A stretch of DNA of 64,000 bases, taken from the NCBI GenBank assembly GCA_045576355.1, contig JAZNGG010000015.1:9123-73122 (forward strand). Reading direction: 5' to 3'. The DNA comes from Bacteroidales bacterium. Its GTDB lineage: Bacteria > Bacteroidota > Bacteroidia > Bacteroidales > UBA3663. The position numbers were made by a program, and so were the translations under genes. Numbering within the stretch: position 1 is the stretch's first letter; the number at the start of each line of letters is the position of its first letter. Below are positions 33,917 through 43,605 of this stretch, piece after piece. A model generated the notes under the pieces. The model had not been told where the DNA came from, searched no databases, and saw nothing but the letters and a program-made list of their open reading frames with translations.

Positions 33917-34046
33917 CTATTTGTTAAGTGAAAAACAAAATAAACATCGTATTTTTAACCCCATCGTTAATTATCTATGGGAATTTATAGGACCCACCTA
34001 TAATAAAAATGTATGGTAAAACCATAGTTCTTTCGGAAATCTTTTG

Positions 34047-34054
34047 TACCTTTG
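34047..34054 (+). promoter_or_regulatory. -7 promoter box (TAccTTTG) for uvrA
   Basis: Perfect TAnnTTTG about 38 nt upstream of the ATG at 34092. Confidence 0.5.
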
Positions 34055-34091
34055 TCCGCTACAAAACATCTAAATACAGACAGGCAAACAG

Positions 34092-36959
34092 ATGGCTAAA
34101 AAGACGAATCACGACAGCAATACCTCCCAACTGACGCCGGAGGAGCAAATCATAAAGGCTCCTAACAGCATCTTTATCAAAGGGGCACGTGTCAACAATC
34201 TTAAAAACATCGATGTGGAGATCCCCCGCGACCGACTGATCGTAGTGACCGGTCTGTCCGGATCGGGGAAGTCCTCACTCGCTTTTGACACCCTCTATGC
34301 AGAGGGGCAACGCCGCTACGTGGAGTCCCTATCATCCTATGCCCGACAGTTTTTAGGGAGGATGGGGAAACCGGAGTGCGACTACATCATCGGAATCCCT
34401 CCGGCTGTTGCCATCGAGCAGAAAGTCGTGGTCCGCAACCCCCGTTCGACCGTCGGCACATCGACCGAAATCTACGACTATCTGAGACTGCTTTATGCCC
34501 GCATCGGCAAGACCTACTCCCCCATCAGCGGAGAACTGGTCAAGAAACATACGACCGAGGACATCATCCGTCGCATCGCCGAACTGCCGGACGGCACACG
34601 CATCGCCCTCTTTGTCAACGCAGATGTCCCCTCCGGCCGATCGCTGGCTGAGCATCTGGAGATCCTGAAGAAAACCGGATTCTCTCGCGCAGAGAGTGAC
34701 GGCAGATTTATCAAACTCGAAGAGGTATCGGCTGCGCCGTTTCATCTGGTCATAGACCGTATGGCTCTCCCCCTGGCAGATCAGGCAGCAGAGAGCCGAC
34801 TAGCAGACTCCATCGAAACCGCATTTTATGAGGGGGACGGAGAGTGCGCCATCAAGGCATGGACTCCGGATGGCAATATCAGAGAGATGCTCTTCAGTAA
34901 GCGTTTTGAGGCAGACGGCATGACCTTTGAGGAGCCGTCAGAGATGATGTTTAACTTCAATAGCCCTATGGGAGCATGTCCTCGCTGCGAGGGCTTCGGA
35001 AAGATATTAGGCATCGACGAAGATCTGGTCATCCCCAACAAGACTCTGTCTGTCTATGAGGACTGTGTCGTCTGCTGGCGAGGAGATAAAATGTCCGAAT
35101 GGAAGAAAGACCTGATCGCTCATGCTGCCGAGGTAAACTTCCCGATCCATCGCCCCTATTATCAGCTGACCCAGCAGGAGAAAGATCTTCTTTGGCACGG
35201 ATGTTCCGCTTTTTACGGCATCGACGACTTCTTTAAGATGGTCTCTGAGAACCTTTACAAGATCCAGTATCGGGTCATGCAGGCCCGTTATCGGGGAAAG
35301 ACGCTCTGTCCCGAATGTCACGGCTCACGTCTGAAAAAGGAGGCAGGATATGTCAAAGTGGGCGGAAAGAGCATCACCGAATTGACTCAAATGTCCATCA
35401 CCGAGTTGTCCCGCTTCTTCGGTCAGCTCACGCTCGACGAGCATGATGCCCAAATCGCCAAACGACTCCTCACGGAGATCAACAGCCGACTTAAATTTCT
35501 CAGTGATGTCGGCCTCAGCTATCTGACCCTCGACCGACTGAGCAACACCCTCTCGGGAGGTGAAAGCCAACGCATCAATCTGGCAACCTCGCTGGGCAGT
35601 TCGCTCGTCGGCTCCATGTATATCCTCGATGAGCCGAGCATCGGACTGCACTCCCGAGACACCGAACTGCTGATCAACGTGCTGAAACAGCTCCGGGATC
35701 TGGGCAACACGGTCATCGTCGTCGAACACGATGAAGAGATCATCCGTTCAGCAGATTATCTGATCGACATCGGACCGGAGGCAGGACGGATGGGCGGCGA
35801 GATCGTCTTCCAGGGAGAGATAGAGAAACTCTCTTCGAATTATGATGCTGCCGAGAGAGATAAAATCATCATTGACCCGGAGATCCTAAAACGTAGCCAT
35901 ACCGCCCGATTTATCACCGGCGCAGAAAAAATAGATCTCCCTTTACGACCCCGTCCCTGGAACAGCTATATCGAGGTAAAAGGGGCTGTGCAAAACAATC
36001 TGAAAAACATCTCTGTAAAGTTTCCTATAGGGGTCATGACGGTCGTGACCGGTGTCTCAGGATCGGGCAAATCGACGCTCGTCCGGGACATCCTCTACCG
36101 AGGATTGCTCCGTCACTTAGGAGAAGCCGGAGATGCCCCCGGAGACTTTGCCGGATTGGGTGGCGACCTCCGGAGGATCCGAAACATCGAATTTATCGAC
36201 CAGAACCCCATCGGCAAGTCCTCACGCAGCAATGCCGCAACCTATATGAAAGCCTATGATGAGATCCGCCGCGTATTCGCCGATCAGCAGATGGCTAAAC
36301 AACTCGGATTTACTCCGGCGACCTTCTCGTTTAATGTCGAGGGGGGACGCTGCGAGGAGTGTAAGGGAGAGGGAACGATCACCATCGAGATGCAGTTTAT
36401 GGCCAATCTCGTCATGGAGTGTGAAGCCTGTCACGGCAAGCGATTTAACAGCGATGTCCTCGAGGTGCTCGATAAGGAAAAAAACATTGCCGATGTGCTC
36501 GATATGTCTGTCGATGAGGCAATCGAGTTTTTTGCAGAGCAGCCCAAGGTGGTGCAACGTCTGCTCCCCCTGAAGCATGTCGGACTGGGATATATCAAAC
36601 TCGGACAATCCTCCTCCTCGCTCTCCGGCGGAGAGAACCAGCGCGTCAAACTCGCCTATTACCTCGGGTCGGATGAGAAACCCGATACGCTCTTTATCTT
36701 TGACGAACCGACGACCGGTCTGCACCTGCATGACGTGAAGATCCTGATGGAAGCCTTTAATGCCCTCCTGCTCAAAGGACACACGATCATCATCATCGAG
36801 CATAATCTCGATGTCATCAAATGCGCAGATCACATCATCGACCTGGGTCCGGAGGGAGGAGATGCCGGAGGCAATCTGGTCATCCAGGGGACACCGCAAG
36901 AGGTGGCTGCCTGCGCAGAGTCGCACACAGGAAAATTCTTAAAAGAGAAAATACGTTAG
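34092..36959 (+). CDS. uvrA: Excinuclease ABC subunit A
   Basis: Two ABC modules ([10 protein letters not shown] / LSGGESQRI and [10 protein letters not shown] / [12 protein letters not shown]) and zinc-finger cysteines ([24 protein letters not shown]...CEACHGKR). Confidence 0.95.
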   Translation: MAKKTNHDSNTSQLTPEEQIIKAPNSIFIKGARVNNLKNIDVEIPRDRLIVVTGLSGSGKSSLAFDTLYAEGQRRYVESLSSYARQFLGRMGKPECDYIIGIPPAVAIEQKVVVRNPRSTVGTSTEIYDYLRLLYARIGKTYSPISGELVKKHTTEDIIRRIAELPDGTRIALFVNADVPSGRSLAEHLEILKKTGFSRAESDGRFIKLEEVSAAPFHLVIDRMALPLADQAAESRLADSIETAFYEGDGECAIKAWTPDGNIREMLFSKRFEADGMTFEEPSEMMFNFNSPMGACPRCEGFGKILGIDEDLVIPNKTLSVYEDCVVCWRGDKMSEWKKDLIAHAAEVNFPIHRPYYQLTQQEKDLLWHGCSAFYGIDDFFKMVSENLYKIQYRVMQARYRGKTLCPECHGSRLKKEAGYVKVGGKSITELTQMSITELSRFFGQLTLDEHDAQIAKRLLTEINSRLKFLSDVGLSYLTLDRLSNTLSGGESQRINLATSLGSSLVGSMYILDEPSIGLHSRDTELLINVLKQLRDLGNTVIVVEHDEEIIRSADYLIDIGPEAGRMGGEIVFQGEIEKLSSNYDAAERDKIIIDPEILKRSHTARFITGAEKIDLPLRPRPWNSYIEVKGAVQNNLKNISVKFPIGVMTVVTGVSGSGKSTLVRDILYRGLLRHLGEAGDAPGDFAGLGGDLRRIRNIEFIDQNPIGKSSRSNAATYMKAYDEIRRVFADQQMAKQLGFTPATFSFNVEGGRCEECKGEGTITIEMQFMANLVMECEACHGKRFNSDVLEVLDKEKNIADVLDMSVDEAIEFFAEQPKVVQRLLPLKHVGLGYIKLGQSSSSLSGGENQRVKLAYYLGSDEKPDTLFIFDEPTTGLHLHDVKILMEAFNALLLKGHTIIIIEHNLDVIKCADHIIDLGPEGGDAGGNLVIQGTPQEVAACAESHTGKFLKEKIR

Positions 36960-37071
36960 TTAAGCCGTTTTTGCACGAATGTCTTCGGAAACTTGCGGGA
37001 ATACATTCGGACAAGCGTCGGAAGGGGAATCAGAAAAATCCGGGCATCTCTGAGGGAGTACCCAAGAGAGA

Positions 37072-38373
37072 TCAAAAGCAATGCCCCATGGAGGCATTAT
37101 ATAAGCGGCTGCCCTTCGGGGGACGAAGGAAATCGATCTGCGGCAAAGCACCATCGGCCTGACGCGGTGCGGTCAAGAGATCGGCATCGACAGAGAGAAA
37201 GTCCCCGGCAGAAATATTCATATCAGATGGGACAAAGCTGTTATTGCCTATCACACACCTCGTGGTATCCACATCAATCAGGTGCCGACCGGGAGAACGA
37301 GGCTCTAAAGAGACATTGCCCACCAAGACATGACCATAGCCCAACGTGTCTCGCACCACCGCTGGAGAGATGCGATTGAGCATACAGAAGTTTGAGGGAT
37401 TCTTATATCCGGTATTATTTTGCCAAACGATGCCTGATAGATGGTGGTTGGCATAAAAGCCTTTATTCTTATTCATGTAGGCAATGCAGTTCTTTACCGT
37501 ATGTTGCGGCACGACATGCAGGTGTTTCACTCTCGGCTTCATCCCATATCCGCCGGACTTAAAGCCGGTCCCATCACCGGCACGATCCATCGTCCCGGGC
37601 TGATAGCCATTGAGGAAAGCCCAGCAATCTTCTATCACATAGGCAGCATGGGCATTGATCAGGTCAAAACCATCGTCGCTGTTCCACCATGCCCGGCATC
37701 CGCGGAAGACATTGCCCGTGCATGACTCATCGAGAACATGACCTCCAAAGCCATCCACATTGCCCCCGTATGGGCCTTCTGAATAGGGATCATAGTTATT
37801 ATAGGCATCACAGTTGAGCACAAGATTGTCCGACCCTGCCACCTGATAATAACCGATGGCCATCCCGTCATGCATCGCAATGTTTTCGACGATGCAATGC
37901 GAGCCGCCTCTGGCACTGATGCACTCCGACTGGGTGTGCCCCTTGACCGTGACTTGCACTCCGACGATCTCAAAATTGCGCAGGTGAAGCCATGAGCCTT
38001 GCATATAAACGGCACTGACACGCTTGTTGCGAGGACGCACTGCCGAGAAGTCAAAGACCGGACGCTCTCCCGGCAAGCCGAAATAACAGATGCGGGCATC
38101 ACGCACTCCGCTCTTATCCAGATCTATGACATGGACATATCGCCGATCTTGTGACATGATTTGATCCTCAGTCACCCGATAAAGACCGCCTGCCATCCAA
38201 AGGGTATCCCCTGCCTGCATGGCTTGCTGCGCCCTCCTCCACGTAGCCCACGGAGCAGACAAGGAAGTTCCGGCAGCGGCATCATCGCCCCCGGGGGAGA
38301 GATAAAACTGACGGGCTGAGATCGGCAAAGCCGACAAAAGGAGAAAAAGCAAAGAAAAAGCGCTGCGTATCAT
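37072..38373 (-). CDS. Right-handed parallel beta-helix protein, pectate-lyase-like (PL9-type features)
   Basis: Start trimmed to MIRSAFSLLFLLLSALPISA. Contains FYLSPGGDDAAAGTSLSAPWATWRRAQQAMQAGDTLWMAGGLY, plus DGFGGH and WWNSDDGFDL as in PL9-like lyases. Confidence 0.65.
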   Translation of the reverse strand: MIRSAFSLLFLLLSALPISARQFYLSPGGDDAAAGTSLSAPWATWRRAQQAMQAGDTLWMAGGLYRVTEDQIMSQDRRYVHVIDLDKSGVRDARICYFGLPGERPVFDFSAVRPRNKRVSAVYMQGSWLHLRNFEIVGVQVTVKGHTQSECISARGGSHCIVENIAMHDGMAIGYYQVAGSDNLVLNCDAYNNYDPYSEGPYGGNVDGFGGHVLDESCTGNVFRGCRAWWNSDDGFDLINAHAAYVIEDCWAFLNGYQPGTMDRAGDGTGFKSGGYGMKPRVKHLHVVPQHTVKNCIAYMNKNKGFYANHHLSGIVWQNNTGYKNPSNFCMLNRISPAVVRDTLGYGHVLVGNVSLEPRSPGRHLIDVDTTRCVIGNNSFVPSDMNISAGDFLSVDADLLTAPRQADGALPQIDFLRPPKGSRLYNASMGHCF

Positions 38374-38517
38374 AATGTGAAAAATACAATTAGTAATGAC
38401 CGGACAAAAGTAAAGATAATTTATCAAAAAAACACACTTCTCTCCGTTATATTTGTTTTCTGCTCAGATAATTCGCCAAATCTGCAAACGTTTTTTGGCT
38501 AATTGGATACAAATCTG

Positions 38518-38525
38518 TAAATTTG
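38518..38525 (+). promoter_or_regulatory. Possible -7 box (TAaaTTTG) for tyrS, implying a roughly 125-nt leader
   Basis: CTGTAAATTTGCTGCC. A second box, TAtaTTTG, lies near 38449. Confidence 0.35.
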
Positions 38526-38654
38526 CTGCCATTATTCCGAATCGCGAAACTCTGATCGGAGAGCATGATCTCAGAGGGTGACGACCGCCCTTATGAGCAT
38601 CTCGAGAGTGAGAATCAAAGTATATTATTTTCAAATTTTAATCATATTATTTCT

Positions 38655-39980
38655 ATGAATTTCGTTGAAGAATTGAAATGGCGCGGCATGATCCAGGACT
38701 TTATGCCGGGCACAGAAGAGCAACTTGAGAAAGAAATGACCTCGGCTTACCTCGGCATCGACCCGACAGCCGACTCTCTGCATATAGGACACTTGGTCGG
38801 AGTGATGATGCTCCGCCACTTCCAGCGCTCCGGCCACAAGCCGATCGCCCTTATCGGTGGTGCCACCGGCATGATCGGTGATCCCTCCGGCAAGTCTCAG
38901 GAGCGTGTCCTGATCGACGAGGAGCGCCTGAGACACAATCAGGAGTGCATCCGCAAACAGCTCTCCAAGTTCTTGGACTTCGACAGCGATGCCCCCAACC
39001 ATGCCGAGCTCGTCAATAATTATGACTGGATGAAGGACTTTACGTTTCTCGATTTCATCCGCAACATCGGTAAACTCATCACCGTCAATTACATGATGAG
39101 CAAAGACTCCGTGAAGCGTCGTTTCACCGGCGAGAATGGTGCTGACGGTATGTCATTCACAGAGTTTTCTTATCAGTTGCTTCAGGGATATGACTATCTC
39201 TATCTCAATACCCACAAGAACTGCAAACTGCAGTTGGGTGGTGCCGATCAATGGGGTAATATCACCACCGGCACAGAGATGATCCGCAAAGTGACCGGAG
39301 CAGAGGCATTTGCCATCACTTGCCCACTCATCACTAAGGCTGACGGCAAGAAGTTTGGCAAGACAGAGAGCGGCAATGTGTGGCTGGATCCCAAACGGAC
39401 CTCTCCCTACAAGTTCTATCAGTTCTGGCTCAATGTAAGCGATGATGATGCTGCTCGCTATATCCGCATCTTTACCAGCCTCACTCAAGAGGAAATCCTG
39501 GCACTCGAAGCCGAACAAGCAGAGGCTCCTCATCTCCGTCCTCTCCAGAAGCGCCTCGCTAAGGAACTGACCATAATGGTACACAGCGAAGCAGATTACG
39601 AACAGGCTGTGGCAGCCTCTAACATGCTTTTTGGCAATGCCGACAGCGCAGCACTCAAGTCTCTCGACGAAGAGACCCTTTTACAGGTATTTGAAGCGGT
39701 CCCTTCATACACCATCGAGGAGAATCGCCTCGCTGAAGGGATCAAAGCTGTAGATCTGACCACCGAATGTAAACCGACCACAGAGGGTGGTGCTCCGATA
39801 TTCGCCTCCAAGGGTGAAATGCGTAAACTCGTTCAGGGTGGTGGTATCAGCATCAACAAGAGCAAACTCGCAGCCTTTGATCAGGTCATCACAAGTGAAG
39901 ACTTGCTCCAGGGCAAATACCTCATCGTGCAGAAAGGTAAGAAAAACTATTATCTGATCACTGTCGTTTCAGGTAACTAA
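38655..39980 (+). CDS. tyrS: Tyrosine--tRNA ligase
   Basis: Start trimmed to [20 protein letters not shown] motif (SLHIGHLV), KMSKS-like motif (KFGKTESG) and a C-terminal S4-like domain. Confidence 0.95.
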   Translation: MNFVEELKWRGMIQDFMPGTEEQLEKEMTSAYLGIDPTADSLHIGHLVGVMMLRHFQRSGHKPIALIGGATGMIGDPSGKSQERVLIDEERLRHNQECIRKQLSKFLDFDSDAPNHAELVNNYDWMKDFTFLDFIRNIGKLITVNYMMSKDSVKRRFTGENGADGMSFTEFSYQLLQGYDYLYLNTHKNCKLQLGGADQWGNITTGTEMIRKVTGAEAFAITCPLITKADGKKFGKTESGNVWLDPKRTSPYKFYQFWLNVSDDDAARYIRIFTSLTQEEILALEAEQAEAPHLRPLQKRLAKELTIMVHSEADYEQAVAASNMLFGNADSAALKSLDEETLLQVFEAVPSYTIEENRLAEGIKAVDLTTECKPTTEGGAPIFASKGEMRKLVQGGGISINKSKLAAFDQVITSEDLLQGKYLIVQKGKKNYYLITVVSGN

Positions 39981-40013
39981 ACAAATATCCACCTACTCAA
40001 CCCAGTCGTGACA

Positions 40014-42089
40014 ATGAAACGTCTCCTCCTATTAACAACCTTATGCTTCGGCACTATGATTGTGGCTCATGCCCAGCAAGTAAAACACGGATTAAGCGGT
40101 TTTGCCGCCACCCCCGCTTATGGGCTTGAAGGGACAATCGGAGGAGGACTGGGAGAGGTGGTCTATGCCACATCTGAAGCAGAATTACGCAAGTATTGTC
40201 AAGCCTCCGAGCCTTATACGATCCTGTTTGAAGGGACAATCAGTCTGACTAACGAGAAGGATATTCAGTTGTCCTCCGACAAAACCATTATCGGCCTTAA
40301 TGGCAATGCCGTTCTGGACGGAATCGGGTTTAACGCTAGCAATGTGAGCAATGTCGTCATACGAGGATTTACCATCAGAAATGCCCATCAGGATGCCATT
40401 GCATTTCGCACATCGCATCATGTTTGGGTAGATCATTGCGATCTGTCGGCATCCGATGACGGTTTGCTCGACTTCACAATCGGTTCAGATCTGCTTACGG
40501 CTTCATGGAATAAGTTTCACGACCATGACAAGGTATCTGTTTGTAACTCCGGCACACAGCACTATGAAGATGTGGACAAAGAGAATGTCTCTTACCACCA
40601 CAATGCTTTCATAAAGACGACCCAGCGCAATCCTCGCATCGGGTACGGACGCGGACACGTCTGGAACAACTATTATGAGAGTGTCTCTTCCTACTGTGTC
40701 GGCTACTTCACCGGTGCCAAAGTCATTATCGAGAAAAACTATTTCTACAAGAGCAAGACCCCGCTGAAACAGATGTATTCGTCCGATCCGACATCGGCAC
40801 ACTATGCGGAAGCACTCTCCATAGACAATGTTTTCTCCGGTTGCTCCGGCAACACCCAAGGGACAGGAGATGCGTTTGATGCACTCTATTATTATGACTA
40901 CGAGATGATGCTCGATGCTGCTGCCGATGTGCCCAACGTGGTGAAAGGGAGTGCAGGACCCATCAAAGGTCTGGAATATGACTTGATCCCCTTGCCCAAT
41001 CACGGCAGGATCGATTATCCGGAAGTCAACCCCACACTGCGATGGAGCAAAGCTCCCGGAGCGATCTCTTATGACGTCTATCTCTCCACATCTCCGGAGA
41101 CGCTTGGGGCAAATCTGATAGGGACAGTTACAGACAATGCCATTGAACCACTTTCACTCTCTCCCTCTACAACCTACTACTGGCGAGTGGATACCCGACT
41201 GGCAGAAGAGGTGAAACAGGGCGCAGTGTGGCAGTTTACCACCGCCGGAGAAAAAACCTCCAAGCCGTACCCTGCTGATGGCGAAACCAATGCACAACTG
41301 CAAGCTCAAAAGAGCGCTAATACCACTCAGCCCATGACTTTGAGTTGGTCTCCGACATTAGGAGCCGAGGGATATAGCGTCATGCTTTCCGATGGTGAGG
41401 GATACGTTGAAGCCGCCGAACTGGGAGCCGGTGTTACCACTTGGCAACCTCCTACCCTACGCAGAGGTCGCCAATACAGATGGAAAGTTACACCTATCAT
41501 CAATGGAAATCCGAGTACATCCGGTGAGACATGGACTTTCTCAGCTCCTATAACTCCAATTAAAGAGGGAATATCCGAAGCAGAAGCATGGACGCGAGGT
41601 CTGCGTGCCTACATAGAGAACCCCACCGGATGGTTTACCGCATCAGGCAGCAGGGTTGTCGGTGGAGAGTCCGGACCCGGCACTCTCAATGCCGAATGGC
41701 GTGGAGACCACGTCAAAGCGAATATATCGGTCTGTATGTTTGATGAAAGTGACGGAAAGGGAACTTACAAACTTTTTGTCAATGACATAAAAGTCGGATC
41801 TGCAACTGCCTCGACCAACAATGATAAACTCGTCACTTATGCCCTTTGCTCCACAGAACTTCAATCCGGAGATCAGATCCGTTTGGAATTTGCTCCGGAG
41901 GGTGGAGAAGGCTGCCGCACGGACTATGTGAAAATCGATGTTTCAGAGATCATCAGCGGCATCGAAGATATTCATCCCGATACAGAAGGCCAAAGCCGCA
42001 CCTATAATCTCTTGGGTATTCCTGTAGAAGAGGGTTATGAAAGCTTCATCATCCGTGACGGAAATATTACCATCACTCGCCCCCAATAA
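40014..42089 (+). CDS. Pectate lyase (PL1) with Fn3-like modules, a beta-sandwich module and a T9SS sorting domain
   Basis: ATG at 40014 (the track begins at a GTG two codons upstream). Contains HHVWVDHCDLSASDDGLLD and NPRIGYGRGHVWNNYY. The C-terminus is ...RTYNLLGIPVEEGYESFIIRDGNITITRPQ. Confidence 0.85.
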   Translation: MKRLLLLTTLCFGTMIVAHAQQVKHGLSGFAATPAYGLEGTIGGGLGEVVYATSEAELRKYCQASEPYTILFEGTISLTNEKDIQLSSDKTIIGLNGNAVLDGIGFNASNVSNVVIRGFTIRNAHQDAIAFRTSHHVWVDHCDLSASDDGLLDFTIGSDLLTASWNKFHDHDKVSVCNSGTQHYEDVDKENVSYHHNAFIKTTQRNPRIGYGRGHVWNNYYESVSSYCVGYFTGAKVIIEKNYFYKSKTPLKQMYSSDPTSAHYAEALSIDNVFSGCSGNTQGTGDAFDALYYYDYEMMLDAAADVPNVVKGSAGPIKGLEYDLIPLPNHGRIDYPEVNPTLRWSKAPGAISYDVYLSTSPETLGANLIGTVTDNAIEPLSLSPSTTYYWRVDTRLAEEVKQGAVWQFTTAGEKTSKPYPADGETNAQLQAQKSANTTQPMTLSWSPTLGAEGYSVMLSDGEGYVEAAELGAGVTTWQPPTLRRGRQYRWKVTPIINGNPSTSGETWTFSAPITPIKEGISEAEAWTRGLRAYIENPTGWFTASGSRVVGGESGPGTLNAEWRGDHVKANISVCMFDESDGKGTYKLFVNDIKVGSATASTNNDKLVTYALCSTELQSGDQIRLEFAPEGGEGCRTDYVKIDVSEIISGIEDIHPDTEGQSRTYNLLGIPVEEGYESFIIRDGNITITRPQ

Positions 42090-42903
42090 GATTTTCTTGC
42101 TTGAGTAAACGCTCGTTCATCATCTTCCGTTCAGAGTCAAAAAACCATCCCCACTTGTTGAAGTAGCGGCACATATTTACAAAGTGTACCCACAACATGG
42201 AGAGGCTCTTATAACTGGCGGCATGATGATCGTGGACAATAATCGCGCCCGGAAAAAACATCGTCTGCCAATGGCGATGGATGCGCCGTGTAAGATCGAT
42301 GTCCTCAGGATAGAGGAAGAAATGCTCATCAAAAAGTCCCGTCTCTCGAAGGGCATCGACTCGCAAAAACATGAAGCACCCGGTGTGATAAGGGACATTC
42401 ATCTCATGGTCATAGCCGGTCAATGCAAGCGTATAAATCTGCCTGCGATGGTCACACCAGCTCTTAGGCAGGAAACGACGAATAAATAGATCCATCGGTG
42501 AGGGCAACAGACGACAAGCATACTGCAATCTACCATCCGGATAGATCACTTTCGGGATCACTTGCCCAACGTCCGGATGGTTTTCCATATACTCCATTAC
42601 CAATTCAAGATTCCCCTTGTCATAATAGACATCGCTATTGATGACCAGGTGATACTTGACATTATCCTCTGCCATAGATTTACGGAGTGCCACATTATGC
42701 CCGGCTCCGTAACCGGTATTGGAATGAGCTATATAGATAATCCGCTTATCATCTTGCTGCGCACAAAAGAGTTTCAGTCGCTCTTCTTCTCCGTTATCAA
42801 CGATATAAACATGATGGACAAAAGAGGAGATCAACAGCGAATCCAAACATCTCTTCAACTCTTCGGCAGGCGTATGATAAGTAACAATCGAAACGTTTAA
42901 CAT
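42073..42903 (-). CDS. Glycosyltransferase family 2
   Basis: MLNVSIVTYHTP..., GYGAGHN and an NSDV (DxD-like) motif give a GT-A fold. The 3' end overlaps the pectate lyase 3' end by 17 nt. Confidence 0.8.
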   Translation of the reverse strand: MLNVSIVTYHTPAEELKRCLDSLLISSFVHHVYIVDNGEEERLKLFCAQQDDKRIIYIAHSNTGYGAGHNVALRKSMAEDNVKYHLVINSDVYYDKGNLELVMEYMENHPDVGQVIPKVIYPDGRLQYACRLLPSPMDLFIRRFLPKSWCDHRRQIYTLALTGYDHEMNVPYHTGCFMFLRVDALRETGLFDEHFFLYPEDIDLTRRIHRHWQTMFFPGAIIVHDHHAASYKSLSMLWVHFVNMCRYFNKWGWFFDSERKMMNERLLKQENLIGGE

Positions 42904-42925
42904 AAGTATTTACCTACTTTTGACG

Positions 42926-42934
42926 CAAAGATAA
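42926..42934 (-). promoter_or_regulatory. -7 promoter box (TAtcTTTG) for the GT2 gene
   Basis: The reverse complement of GCAAAGATA, about 25 nt upstream of the start. A second identical box lies about 40 nt further upstream. Confidence 0.45.
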
Positions 42935-43008
42935 TGTATTATGTCGAATGCAACAAATTCATCGGCAAAGATACAACAATATTGGTATCAGATAGATATA
43001 TTATTTCT

Positions 43009-43584
43009 CTACTCCCTAAGCAAGAGTGAAAAACTGAGAGAATTGAGTCCTGAGATTTCTTCATCGGAGGGATAGCCGGGGTAAAGAGCGATGCGATAGT
43101 CTCCATGATAAGGAAAGTCTATCGGCAACCGGCAAACATCATTGAGAGAAATCAACGACCCCCAAGAGTCTCCTCTCCATCGGATGTTATGGCCGATGGC
43201 ATCTTTATCTTCGGTCTCGATAAGCAGTATTTCGATCTTCTCCCTATGGGTATAATAAGTTCGAGCATTGGAGTCTGTAAATTGTATCTCTAACCACAGA
43301 CAAAGAGAATGATGGCGAAAGAGATGTTCATGTCTGAGAGAAATGAGAAGAAGATAAGGTGTTTGCTCGACGATATAAGGATCGTCCGGCATAAGCCCTT
43401 CACGTATAGTCCCTGCAGGCAATACCTCCAATGGGATATAAACCGTATCGGTCGGCATCCAAGTAGCAGGGATGTCGACCGATGATAGGAGTACCTCTCG
43501 TTGCTCTGTACAAGCTGTATTAAAGCTGATGATAGCAGCAGCGATAGTGCAGAATAAGAGGGAGATGCGAATACGTAATTTCAT
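43009..43584 (-). CDS. gldH: Gliding-motility/T9SS-associated lipoprotein GldH
   Basis: Lipoprotein signal (...ISFNTAC). GldH-like blocks LLLISLRHEHLFRHHSLCLWLEI and RWRGDSWGSL. It sits in the conserved position directly downstream of the PSP1 gene. Confidence 0.6.
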   Translation of the reverse strand: MKLRIRISLLFCTIAAAIISFNTACTEQREVLLSSVDIPATWMPTDTVYIPLEVLPAGTIREGLMPDDPYIVEQTPYLLLISLRHEHLFRHHSLCLWLEIQFTDSNARTYYTHREKIEILLIETEDKDAIGHNIRWRGDSWGSLISLNDVCRLPIDFPYHGDYRIALYPGYPSDEEISGLNSLSFSLLLRE

Positions 43585-43605
43585 GTGTTCGGATTACTTT
43601 TCATT

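Noticed and set aside
38428-38654. T-box or other riboswitch in the long tyrS upstream region.
   Set aside because: I see only a modest hairpin (about 38570-38610). There is no T-box specifier or T-loop motif, and T-boxes are not expected in Bacteroidota. I cannot support a call without a covariance-model search.
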